Source: Paraspadella gotoi
Taxonomy: Eukaryota; Animalia; Chaetognatha
Direction of reading: 5' to 3'
NCBI GenBank assembly: GCA_051294375.1
Contig: CM119266.1
Coordinates: 19,231,657-19,295,656, forward strand
DNA: 64,000 bases
The notes beneath the pieces were generated by a model. The model had not been told where the DNA came from. It searched no databases and was given only the letters and a program-made list of their open reading frames with translations. Position 1 is the first letter of the stretch, and every line of letters begins with the position of its first letter. The translations under genes and the position numbers were made by a program. Positions 25,352 through 37,100 of the stretch are shown piece after piece.

Positions 25352-28300
25352 ATTATTATTATTATTAACCGTCTGCTGGTTAAGTGTGATGGTGTCGGCA
25401 TAAACAAAACACGCCAGTTGTCGGGAGATACGTCACACCCCAGGCATCACACATGTCTCCCAGTTGCCACGATATATTAATAATTTGACTCGACTCAGGA
25501 GGTTCGTACGACAACAGTTGCGATCCGATCAACGGTCAATGCCGCTGTCGTCCGCACATGAACGGACGACGCTGCGATCGTCCTGAGTCAGGCTTCTACT
25601 GCGTCCTTCTGGATCACTACAGATACGAGGTACGCCTTTTTGAACGTACTGGCGGACTTTATAGGAAAATCCTGTCTCATTGGTGATTATTATATCATGA
25701 GGAACTCTTCTTCCGTCAGGCCGAGTACGCGAGGGGGGAAGGACAGACGAAGGTGATCGTCCGCGCGCCTCATCCCGGACGCCCCACCACCTGGACGGGT
25801 GAGGGCTTCATGGAAGTCCACGAGGCGGACAAGATTGATTTTGAGATTTCCAATCTCGGCGCCTCCATGGAATACGACATCGTCATCAGATACGAGCCTC
25901 AGGTGCATTTAATTGGTACAACGAATGTAATAATTATCCAATTCATCATCCATTCATTTAATAAGTAAGCTATCTTTCCCTTGACTTTGGACAGGCTATT
26001 GTGGTTTAAGGCCTCCATCACTCTTACAAGATAATGGCAAAGCAAGTCCCTGCAAGCTTTCTATCAGGAAACTGTTTGTCTCGTTTATTCACTTCCAGAG
26101 TACCTGTCTTTCCTATCGTGTTATTTGTCGAAAATATTTCACCCTTTGTTAGTTTTCTCATGAAGTAATCCTTATAACATGTTATAAAATACTTGCTTTA
26201 ATGTCATCATCTTAGCCATGGATGACTTAGAAAAAAAGTCGAAATAAATGGCAAATAATTTTTTAAAAAAATTGTTTCTTATGCTCTGATATTCGATAGT
26301 GAAAATTAGTATTTATTTATTTATGTTGTAAAATATCTGTTTAGATGCCGGAACGGTGGGACGACGTACGTATTAAAATAACCCGACCAGGTGCAGTGGA
26401 CCAAACGGGTCCTTGCGCCAACGTTGTTCCTCAGGATGACCTTAAAGCGGCGTCTCTGCCTCCCGGTGAGAAAAAAATTCAAAAGAACAACAAGTTAATT
26501 TAATGTGAACAAAATTAGGTATCTATAATTTCGTAGCACGATTCGAGTAAAGTTCGATTTTTTTTCTTTACGATTATCCAAATAACAATATCAATGTTTT
26601 TGTTTTCATTGTTTTATATATTTGTTTGTTTTTATTTTTGTTTCAATTTAATAATTGTTACATTTTGCTTCGTGGTCGTTGTTAATGCGCCAAAAGCGTG
26701 TTGCGATGATAGCAGCCCAGTTGGTAAGGCACGATTTTCTGTTGAACACTTTTAAATGCACAACGATTTGAAAATGAAATATAATCCAGAGGGAAAGTTC
26801 TCGGATTAAATCTAATATCGGGCGTAGAATATTTATGTAATTTTCATTGAAGGGACCACAAATAATTAGAATGTTCTTTTTTTTCTCATTCTTGCCGCAA
26901 TTGCACCTTGTGATGCACTTTTCCAGGAAAAGGAGAACCGGGATGTTACTGTGGTATCCAATTTTTCACGTAGTGTTTTTAACTTTCTTTTTCATGTAAA
27001 TTGATTTTATGCTTTTTTAACGTTAACTTGCAAAATTATTTGTTCCTGCTAAAATTGCTGTTAGTGAAATTTCTTTGCTTTTCGTTCGATTTCCCAAATT
27101 TCGCTTTTTTTAAAAAAAATTTTCTCCTAAATTCTATCTCAACAATGTTCTTCTAATCGGCATAAAGTCATTTTGCGGTTAAATATTTTTCTTGCTATTT
27201 AAAATGTAAAAACAATAATAAAACCCGGTTTCGTTAACTATTGACAATACGATAACGATAAACTAACAAATAAATCGTTGATAAAATTGATCTCACTAAA
27301 TCGTACGCTTCATTCTCAATAGTTTCTCGATTTTAAGTAGATAACCATGAGATTGATTCTTACGATTTCGTTCTTGATAAAACCTACTTTCGCTCTCCTC
27401 CATTGACCACGCTTAACACTATTTTTAAATCATTAAATTTTAATACTAGTTTTATATTCACTTTTCAATTACTACCAGTTTTTTCACACAGGAACACAAA
27501 GTGTTTTTTATAGAAGGGTTTCCCCAAGTGATACATAACCTTTTAATCAATGCGATACTGTAACAAAGTTAAGGACAAAGTTAAAAACGAAGGCAAAGCC
27601 CTATTACAAAAAAATTATAAAAATGACTGAAAGTAAAGTTTGCACTTAATGCGACGTTACGTTCTCGTAAAACTCGCAAAATTTTGAAATTTAGCATGTC
27701 GAATTTTTCGTTCATTTTTCAGTTTATTCAGATGTAGTGTGTTTTCGTTAAAACTACTCTGTATAACTCAGCCCAGGATTTTATCCTGACAAGATTTACG
27801 CTTCAAGCTCGATATCTTTTTCACTTAAAAAGGATTTGATGTCAAATCTCGTCAGTAACGCTTTGATTTCTGCCAGGGGCTGTCATTTCTGAGAAAAGGC
27901 TTACTCTTTAGCGAAATCCTCGTCACATTTTAACCTTTTACTTTTTCTCTTCTCCCTCTTCGCGGTCATCCGCCTTTTATCACGCCCTCTGCCCGGCTCG
28001 GCGGAACAAATCCCAATTCCCTATTCCTTCCTCAAACCCTCAACAGGAAACAGGTACTACGTGGTACCGGGACCGGTCTGCCTTGAAAAGGGAGTCAGAT
28101 ATACGATCGCGTTCGAATTTCCATCGTACAAAAGCGGACAAGTGACTCCGGAGGCACAGATGCTCATCGACTCGGTGAGCGGACAAAGGCGGAGGCTAAA
28201 TAGTTGCCAAATGTTTGGAATCAAAACGAACTTACTTCGTTTGTGATCTATCCGAATTATTAACTTTACTTTTTCCCTCGTTTCTTCTTTCTTTGTATAG

Positions 28301-31300
28301 TTTATTATTTTAATTCAGTTCATTTTCTTTTTTCAGATCGTCCTTGTGCCAACCGTGGACTCGCTCTCGATATTTCAAGGGCGTGGCCTCCCACAAGAGT
28401 TAAAGAACGAGTACCTCCGGTTTCGGTGCCGCGAGAATGCGTTCGGCGTCGTCAAGCCAACGCTGACTCCACCCTGTCGTCGTTTCGTCTGCTCCATTTC
28501 GGCTCTTTTGCTGCAGCAAGGGCAGGGTAAGTTAGGGCAGAAAACTATGGGCTATGGGCAATCGTAGCAGATAGTGACATGCGTGTAACTAAAACTAATT
28601 TAAACGAAATCGAAACCACAAAGATGTTCCTTAAGTAATGATTTCTTTATGCGGAATATCTTTCTTGTCACGATTTCAGACGTTAGTAGAGGTAGAATGA
28701 AAGTTTCGGTTTGTCTCACGTATTTATTTATTTTGTTTCGTAAATCTTAATATGATTGAGAAAGGAACGAGTGATTAAAACCTAAAAGATAATATTTAAA
28801 TTTTCTATAAAAAAAAAAAAGAGAGTGTTAGTCAGACACGACGCCGGCGCTCCGCCTGCCACCCTGTTTGTTCCGTCTGTCCGACTGGACTTAGCAGGCG
28901 CCAGCGGCAGCGGCGGCAAGTCCGCTGCCCAGCCTGTCCGGCATTTTGTCCGCTGCCGCCGCGGCCTAAACCAGGCAAGTAATCAAAGCCCTTCGCGAAA
29001 GACGCGGCCTCCCGATGGCGAAAAGTGAAAAGATTCTGATGAGAAGTTGTCACTTATGATTCTCCATCGCAATTGCCTTGGATCGATACTAGCGCCACTC
29101 TAATGTTTGCGAAACTCTGCTTTACTTTTGTTTTAGAAATATCTTTACTTTAGGAAACTTTTCGAGGCTTATTTTATTTTCTCTTTAAATATGTGATAAG
29201 TTATATAGAATTATATTTATAGCAACAGCCGGGTTGCCTGATACTACAAAATTAATATTAACTGCCTATCATTAATTCAGNNNNNNNNNNAATATTTGTT
29301 ATGAAAATAAAATATTATGCTATTTAACCAATATGTATTTTAATTCAGCCTTAAGCGTATTAGGTCCCTTATGACCAATGAATTTTCAACAATATTTTTT
29401 TATTTAAGTATTTTTTTGAAATACCTTTTTTAAAAATAGTTAAAAATTTTAATTAGGGAGGCCTAAGTCATAAACTTAATATTAACCTCCTATCATTAAT
29501 TCAGTTTTCATAANNNNNNNNNNATAAGCTGAGCGCAGTATCGAATATTTGCCGTAGATATCGCATGCCTCCAAACAACTGCGGTTGAATGATCTTCTCC
29601 CATCACATTTCTGTCCGTATCAACATCATTTGCAAAACTGTTAACGCACATATTTTTGCAAAAAATCTTTGATTGGATTTAACTTTGGCCGACCACGACT
29701 TTGCCTCTGCTTCTGCTGCTTCAAGGCTATGCGCAATATCGAACGTTCTCGAAAACTCAGAACGTACTAATTTTGGTTAAAATAATAAATATATAATGAG
29801 AAATTTATTTCGTACAGTTACAGCACCATATCATAAATTTTTATTCAGGACTAAGTTAACTTTTATTAAATATTTCTCTCTTTGTTTTTGCTTTTGTTTA
29901 TGTTTTTTTTTTTTCATCGACGCCATTTGTATCACACAGTATCCAATCCATAACCCCGCTTATAATTTAAGTCATTTTTATTATATCACCTAATTTAGCC
30001 ATTACAAGCTATTTTAATTAATCATTTCATTCTTCAACGTGCCAATATTTAGCTTATTGAATTCTGGTTATGTTAACTTTAAAGTAAACCAGACGTTTAT
30101 TATGTTTGTCAGGTATATATTTAAATTCTCGGGGGAATTAGCAAAGTAGGAAGTGAAAATTTTTGTTATCAAGTCTATGACAATTACAAAATCAAATTAG
30201 TCGGAATGCTTCATTAAATTCAATGAGAATGTTTATCTTTTAATTAAGGCACCAGGGATAAGCTGTAGTCGGGCATTTCTAATAAGAAGCTAAGAAATAA
30301 AAAAAAACATAATACAAAATGTACGTACAATACCATCATCCAATCATGCAGCCGAAAATAGTACAGTAAAAAGTTGAAATAATTTTTTTAATTCTTCCAT
30401 ACCGTTGCAGCTTTCACGAGCATTTTTAGAATTGACACAGCTTGCATAAAGTTCTTCCCCCCCCCCTTTTTTTTTTTTTTTTTTTTTGCTGTATTTCACA
30501 ACAAGCGGCATATTCCTTTCTTTTGCTCCGGCGGCGGCTCCAGTGCAGCCATGATCGCCTCGTCGAAAACATTCTTGAGACCCTTTTGGGTGAGGGCGGA
30601 ACACTCTACGTATTTCATAGATTTCAATTCTCGCGCGTATTTTTGAGCCTGCTCTTCGCTGATTGGGCGTTGCCTGCATTGTTGGTGGGCCTTGTTTTGT
30701 CATAAATTACTTAATGATTGAATCAAGTTGTCTTTACCTGTTCTTAGCCAGTTTATCAAGTTCCTTTTGATCCTCACGGAGGTCCACTTGTGTTCCGACC
30801 AGCAAAAACGGGGTTCTAGGAAATTAACTCGCGAATTATACTATATTTATTAAGCCAAATCACGTTTGAATACGATCTTTTTTCTTAATATTTCAACCTC
30901 TCGTTTCGTTTTTATTCCAAATACCTTGGATTGTGATGCCGGATTTCCGGAACCCACTTCTCTCTAACGTTTTCGAACGAGTGCGGAGAGATGACGGAAA
31001 AACAGACGAGAAAGACGTCGGTTTGAGGATAGGATAGAGGGCGTAGGCGATCGTAGTCCTCCTGTCCCGCCGTGTCGAAGAGACCTCATCCCAATAAAGA
31101 ACATTTGAACCTTCTAGACTGACCAGTTTAGACTCTGGACGAGACGCGTCATCACAAAGCGAGACCATGTACTCACCGAGAGTGTACGGCTCTCCGCCAA
31201 TCATGACCGTGACGGCATAATTGTCAAAAACCGTAGGCACGTATTCCGAGGGAAATTTGTTTGTCGTGTAAGAGATGAGCAGACATGTTTTACCAACGGC

Positions 31301-34104
31301 TCCGTCACCAACCACGACGCATTTAATCGTCTGCATCGCTATCCGTCAGTGAAGGAAGAATAAACCTATCACACGAAAATTGAAAAAAAAATGTTAAAAG
31401 AAAAGTTATTTTTCTTTACAGTTGAACAATTTAAATTTGTTTCTATGGTAATGAAACTGTTTTATTTTCATAAAGATTCAATTCAAAAAACATGAATTCC
31501 GAGGAACTACTATGTATTATCCAAAAATAATCAATTTAACAAGTTCCTTTCGCCACTCGCATATGCAGGCGGAAACACACATCTCGCTAAATTACATAAA
31601 ACCTCAGATTCAGTTAAGATTAAACAACTTCAGGGTTAAGCCTTTAAGAATAAGGGGGTTTTTCTCAAGGGGTATTAAAGGTAGGTCATTTGGGGGGAGG
31701 AGTGTTAATCGTTAATGGTAAGGGGATTTCCGGTCAAGGAGCAGGTAATGTTTATCCTTTTTTATGTTTTTTAAATTTTTTTTAAATATAACTGAATAAA
31801 AAAGAAACGAAGAAAATATCGGAGTCCAGTCTCTGAAACGGAAGTTTTGTCCATAAAATTTATGTATGAATGAAAGATCCGTGTTTAGTGTATTTCGTCG
31901 TTCCCCAATTTGATTCAAATTCACACCCTCATTTCACAGTTTTGTCGTCGAGTCATTTTAAAGAGACAATGCGGGCGACTGCTCCTTTGTTTTCACCTTC
32001 TGTATCCGTAGCGATCTGTGCCGCCTAGTGTTAGTTTTATCGAGTTTTGATAAGTACTTCGTTACATTTTATATGGGAATTTGTTTTTAAATAATAAGTA
32101 TTTTATTCCAAAAAAATATTCAAGGTTTGGAACTAGTTACTAGGACTTTTAAAGTATAACTTTAGGGATATTTAGGGACAAAATTAAAAAACAAACCAGG
32201 AATTATAAAATTTGAAAAAGGCCGTTTATTTTTGTTTTTGCTGTGTTTTTCGCGACACGTCTTCTAAGTTTTGGTCGGTTGCCGACCCTTAACATATGTA
32301 AATTTACTTAAAACACCTTCCTCCGTAAATTCCGCTAATTTCTCCTTTTTTCAGAATGCAATTGCAATCCAACTGGATCGATCTCCACCGTCTGTAACGA
32401 GTACGGAGGTCAGTGTCAGTGCAAAGCCAATGTCATTGGTCGAACATGCGACAGATGTGCACCGGGATATTTCGGATTTGGACCCCAAGGATGCCAAGGT
32501 GTGGGAGGCAATCAAACTGTCAAATATTTCAGAACCAAATAGTACTTCTCTAAAACCGAATTTGTTTTATGTACGCATACGATAAGGATAATAGTTAAAT
32601 TATAAAGTGAAAATTTCAAGAGAAAAGAAATCTTTAAATGTTTGGCAAATTTTTTTCATTATATGCGCCGAGAAAGGCTCGAGAAACAAGACTCAAAACA
32701 TGTACTTTTATTTTTAAATAAAAATGGTTGTTTGTTAACAAAGAAACCTTGTTTTTCTCTGTAAACTTATTTATACATAAAACACGGAAAATTTTAAGCA
32801 TGCAACTGCGAGTCAACGGGATCTCGATCTAACTTCTGCGACGAAGTAACGGGACAATGTCCTTGCGTGGCCCGCGCTTACGGCCGACGATGCAACGAGT
32901 GTCAACCCGGATATTATGGGTTCCCCCAGTGTCAACCGTGCCGCTGTAATGGTCACGCCATCAACTGCGAGAGTAGGACCGGAGTTTGCGACAATTGTCA
33001 GGTTCCTCGCTATTTAATATTTATATTATAATTATCGTTCATGCTTGTCCTTTTTCCTTTTTCTTTGTAAAACATTTATTGGACAACATTCCGACGTCAG
33101 GATTTCACCGGTGGAGCGAACTGCGAGAGATGCATCGAGGGCTACTACGGCGACCCCCGCCTCGGGATGGGTATTCCCTGCCGACCCTGCATGTGCCCTG
33201 GCGGTGTATCGTCGAGCCAACAGTTCGCCGACGCGTGTAATCTTATCAGCGACCCACATGACCCCAGGGCTCAGGTAAGACAAAAAGAAATTAAGCCGCA
33301 GCCACGAGACTTATCTGTTGTTGTTTGTTTCGAGGATGTTCTGTGCAACTGTCGTCCGGGCTACACTGGCTTACGATGTGATCAATGCGACGATAACTAC
33401 TTTGGGAATCCTCTCGCTCCTGGTGGAAGTTGCAAAACTTGCGAATGCAATAACAACATCGACTTAAACGAGCCCGGTCAGTTATGTTGATCTCGACCAC
33501 GGTGTTCTATCAATTAAATTAGTACAATCAATATAAAAAATATTCATTCGTTTAATAAATGAGCGATCCTGACGTTGGACAGGCAATGCTTGGTTAAGGC
33601 CTCCATCTCTCTTGCAAGTTTATAATATATAGGGACCCTGCAATCTTTTAACTTTTAACTAAAACTCTCAGTCTCCCAGAGTACCGGGCTTCCCTATTAA
33701 AAAATGTTTCAACAGTATAAAAGGACCACTCCCTCAAGTATTAGGGTATACTATATTGTACTCAACTTTAGCATTAAATTCCGAGGAGTTGACTGTTATA
33801 AAATTGGTACAACCAATATAAATTATGTAAATATGTCCACCACTTCTGACTCGAAGATTTCATCGTTCTCTCGTTTTCTTCAGGATCTTGTGACGTGAAC
33901 AATGGTCGGTGTCTCAAATGCAAATACAACACAGTGGGCTTCAACTGCGACCAATGCCAGCCTGGATTTTGGGGCGACGCCAGACGACAGGATTGCAGAT
34001 CGTGCGACTGTAATCTTTTGGGCACCATGCAATCCGAGATACAAAATTGCGATAGAAGAACCGGTGAGATGAATATCGGTTTCCTTTATCTTTCTCATTT
34101 CCTA

Positions 34105-34160
<56 letters not shown>

Positions 34161-37100
34161 CCATCTCTCTCCCCCCCTCTCGCTCCTCAACACTAGACAC
34201 ATGTAAGATTCACCCTGTCACTTTTTCAAGGCCAATGCCGCTGCCTCCCCAATGTGGTTGGACGCCAATGCGACAGATGTGCAGAGAATCATTGGAAGAT
34301 CGCATCGGGTGCCGGATGCGAGGCTTGCGACTGCGACCCTTCAGGGTCTCAGATGTGAGTGGGTGTTACGTCGTCCTTTGACTTCACTTGCGTCCTCAAA
34401 ATTTTCTGTTTAATCAGGCAACAATGCAACGAGTTCACCGGCCAATGCAGGTGCCTCCCTAAGCGAGGGGGCAGGACTTGCTCGGACTGCGAGGATTATT
34501 ACTGGGGCGACCCGAGACGAGAATGCAAGCGTGAGTGTTATATCGTTAATCCATCTGGTCACTAAATTGATTTAATCAATCAATCAATCAATCAATCATC
34601 CTTCATGTAAGTCGAAATACCTTCCAGCTTGCAACTGCGACTCCCGCGGATCACGTGAGCAACAATGCGACCGTCAAACGGGACAGTGTCGCTGCGAAGA
34701 GGGCGTTGCGGGATATCTGTGCGACCGATGCGATCGCGGGACGACAGGGTCGCTGCCCAACTGTCAGCCTTGCGGAGAATGCTTCGATAATTGGGATCGA
34801 ATCATTCAGGTTTGTGCGTCTATATAGCCTCGATCCCAAAACATTATTTACGCCATGTAATGTTATGTTATTGAATCGGGGGGAAGTGTGTGATGCCCGG
34901 GGCTCAGGGCTTTGGACCTGCAGTGACCACCCCATGTTTACTGGCGTGTTTACGCTAGCACCATCACACTTAACAAGCGTGACTGTGAGGCGATTGAGCC
35001 CGGAACTCACGGTCGGTAGGTACTCAGCTGTCCAAGCTATGTATACGGGAGGCGAAGTTATTATAATTTCCTACAATGTCGTCACGATGATCAACATAAT
35101 AAGATTTTTTTTCTCCAAACGATCACTTTAGTGGCAAAAGAAATAAATGATTTTCTTTTTTTTCTTTTTTTTAAATTAAGGGTTTGAAAAACGAGACGAG
35201 AGTCTTGACTCAGATGGCGAAGGAACTCCGCGACAACGGCGCCACCGGAAGTTACGAGGCGCAACTTCGAGAACTGGAGGAGAAATTAGCGGCCGTGAGA
35301 CGAATCTTGGATTCGAGCCAAGTCAGCGAAGACGACGTGGATGACCTCAAAAGACAATTGCAGGAAATCAAAGACCAACTTAAGTCTGAGGTCAGGCAAA
35401 GGAACGATCCGAATAAAAAGATACTTTCGGTCACCCAAATTTCTTTCTTTCATTTTTCTTTAGTTTTTTTTTTTTTTTTTTTTGTTATTTGTCTCGCTGC
35501 ACTTTTATTTCCCGGAATTTGCTTTTTTGTTGTTGTCGTTATTTTTATTTGTTTTCGCATTTTCGTCTTTTTAAAACTTCTTTTATTTCACCCTTTCTCC
35601 TCAACTTTTAATTGATGAACCGTTTGGAATGAAAGGAAGAAAGAAATTCCTTAAGAGATGTTTACACTTTTCTCTCTCTTTTTTTTAAAATTTGCTTTTT
35701 CTGTTGACAGGAGGAGAGGATCAAGGGACTTTCCAAGGATTTGAGAGACATCAAACGAGATGCGGACGCAACAGACAAAAAGGTTGAGAGAGAGAGAGAA
35801 CGAAATAGATTTGAAATTTTCCTCGTATAGCGAAGAAAATACATTATAGTACCAAGTATACAAATTAAATTATTATTTCCGTAATTCGTCGTTCTCCGAT
35901 GGCTCGGCGGAATCATTTTGCACCTCGACGTATCGACGTCGATGTATTTAAATGCCTGATAACGTATCATTGCGTTTTATTTCTAGTATTTATTCACAAT
36001 CTTTAGCTCCGAAACATGGAGTCGCCTTTGGAGGACGCCAAACGTCGCGCCGACGATCTCGTCCGAGATTTGGATTCGGTTCAGGAACGCGATCTTGATT
36101 CCGCATTCAAAATCATTCAGGAAAGCAAAGCCAAATCTGACAGGGCTGAACAGGAAGTACGTCAAGTGCCCAACATCGTCAGGCAGTCGGAGTAAGTCTT
36201 GGTCTTAGTTTAGTGGGGGTGGTCGACATCAAATTGACGAACAAAATGAGATGTATCGATTTATTTAAATCAGAATGGCGAATTGGCTAATTATAGTAAT
36301 TGCATAAGGTGGCATTCATTTCATAGGGAGAGACAGAAAATTTGATAAATAGTAAAAGTAAATAATTTTAAAAATACATGTCATCGCGGCTTTTTTTTTT
36401 TTTTTTCCAGGAGCGTTCGTCGCGAGGTCGAGAGCTTGTTGGCGCGCGAATCGGATCAATTCGAGCGGCGTTATCAGGAGAACATCGATAATTTGAACAC
36501 AGTTCAGGTCAGCGGTGGGGGATGTAATTTAAAAAGCATAACCTCGGATTTAAATACGTGAACATCCTAATCATTTTCTGTAAATTCGAATTCCTGCCAT
36601 TTCAAATTGGCAGAGTTTGGCCGAAGACGCAGAATCGAAGCTCTCAGAGATAAGTCGGTTGACTTGCGGCGGACGCGAGGGTGAGACATGCGATGCTCGA
36701 TGCGGCGGCGTAGGCTGCAGCAGCCCTGATTGCGGATCCGGACGAGCCTGTAACGGAAGCCTCAGATTCGCTAAGGTACATTCGACGCGAGAGAAATCAA
36801 CTCTAGATCATTTTGAAACGGCGCTATTATCATGAAATTGGTACAATTAATATAAAATTATACATTCATTTAATAAAAAAAGCTATCTTGCCCAAGGCTA
36901 TAGTGGTTTAAAGATTATGACATAGCAAGCTTTCAGTCTTATTACTTTTACCACTATTATTATTTACGTACAATCTTTACAATCTAATAACGTAAGTGCC
37001 AACCCAAGAACTACTTTCTTTCAGGACGCGGTTGAGTTCGCGGAAAAGGCCGAGGAGGAGCTCAGCCGAAAGGAGGCGGAGGCACGAGAGACTTTGTCCA

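Noticed and set aside
26712-26740. tRNA-like A-box (TAGCAGCCCAGTTGGTAAGGCAC)
   Set aside because: No matching B-box or cloverleaf downstream, and too short to call.
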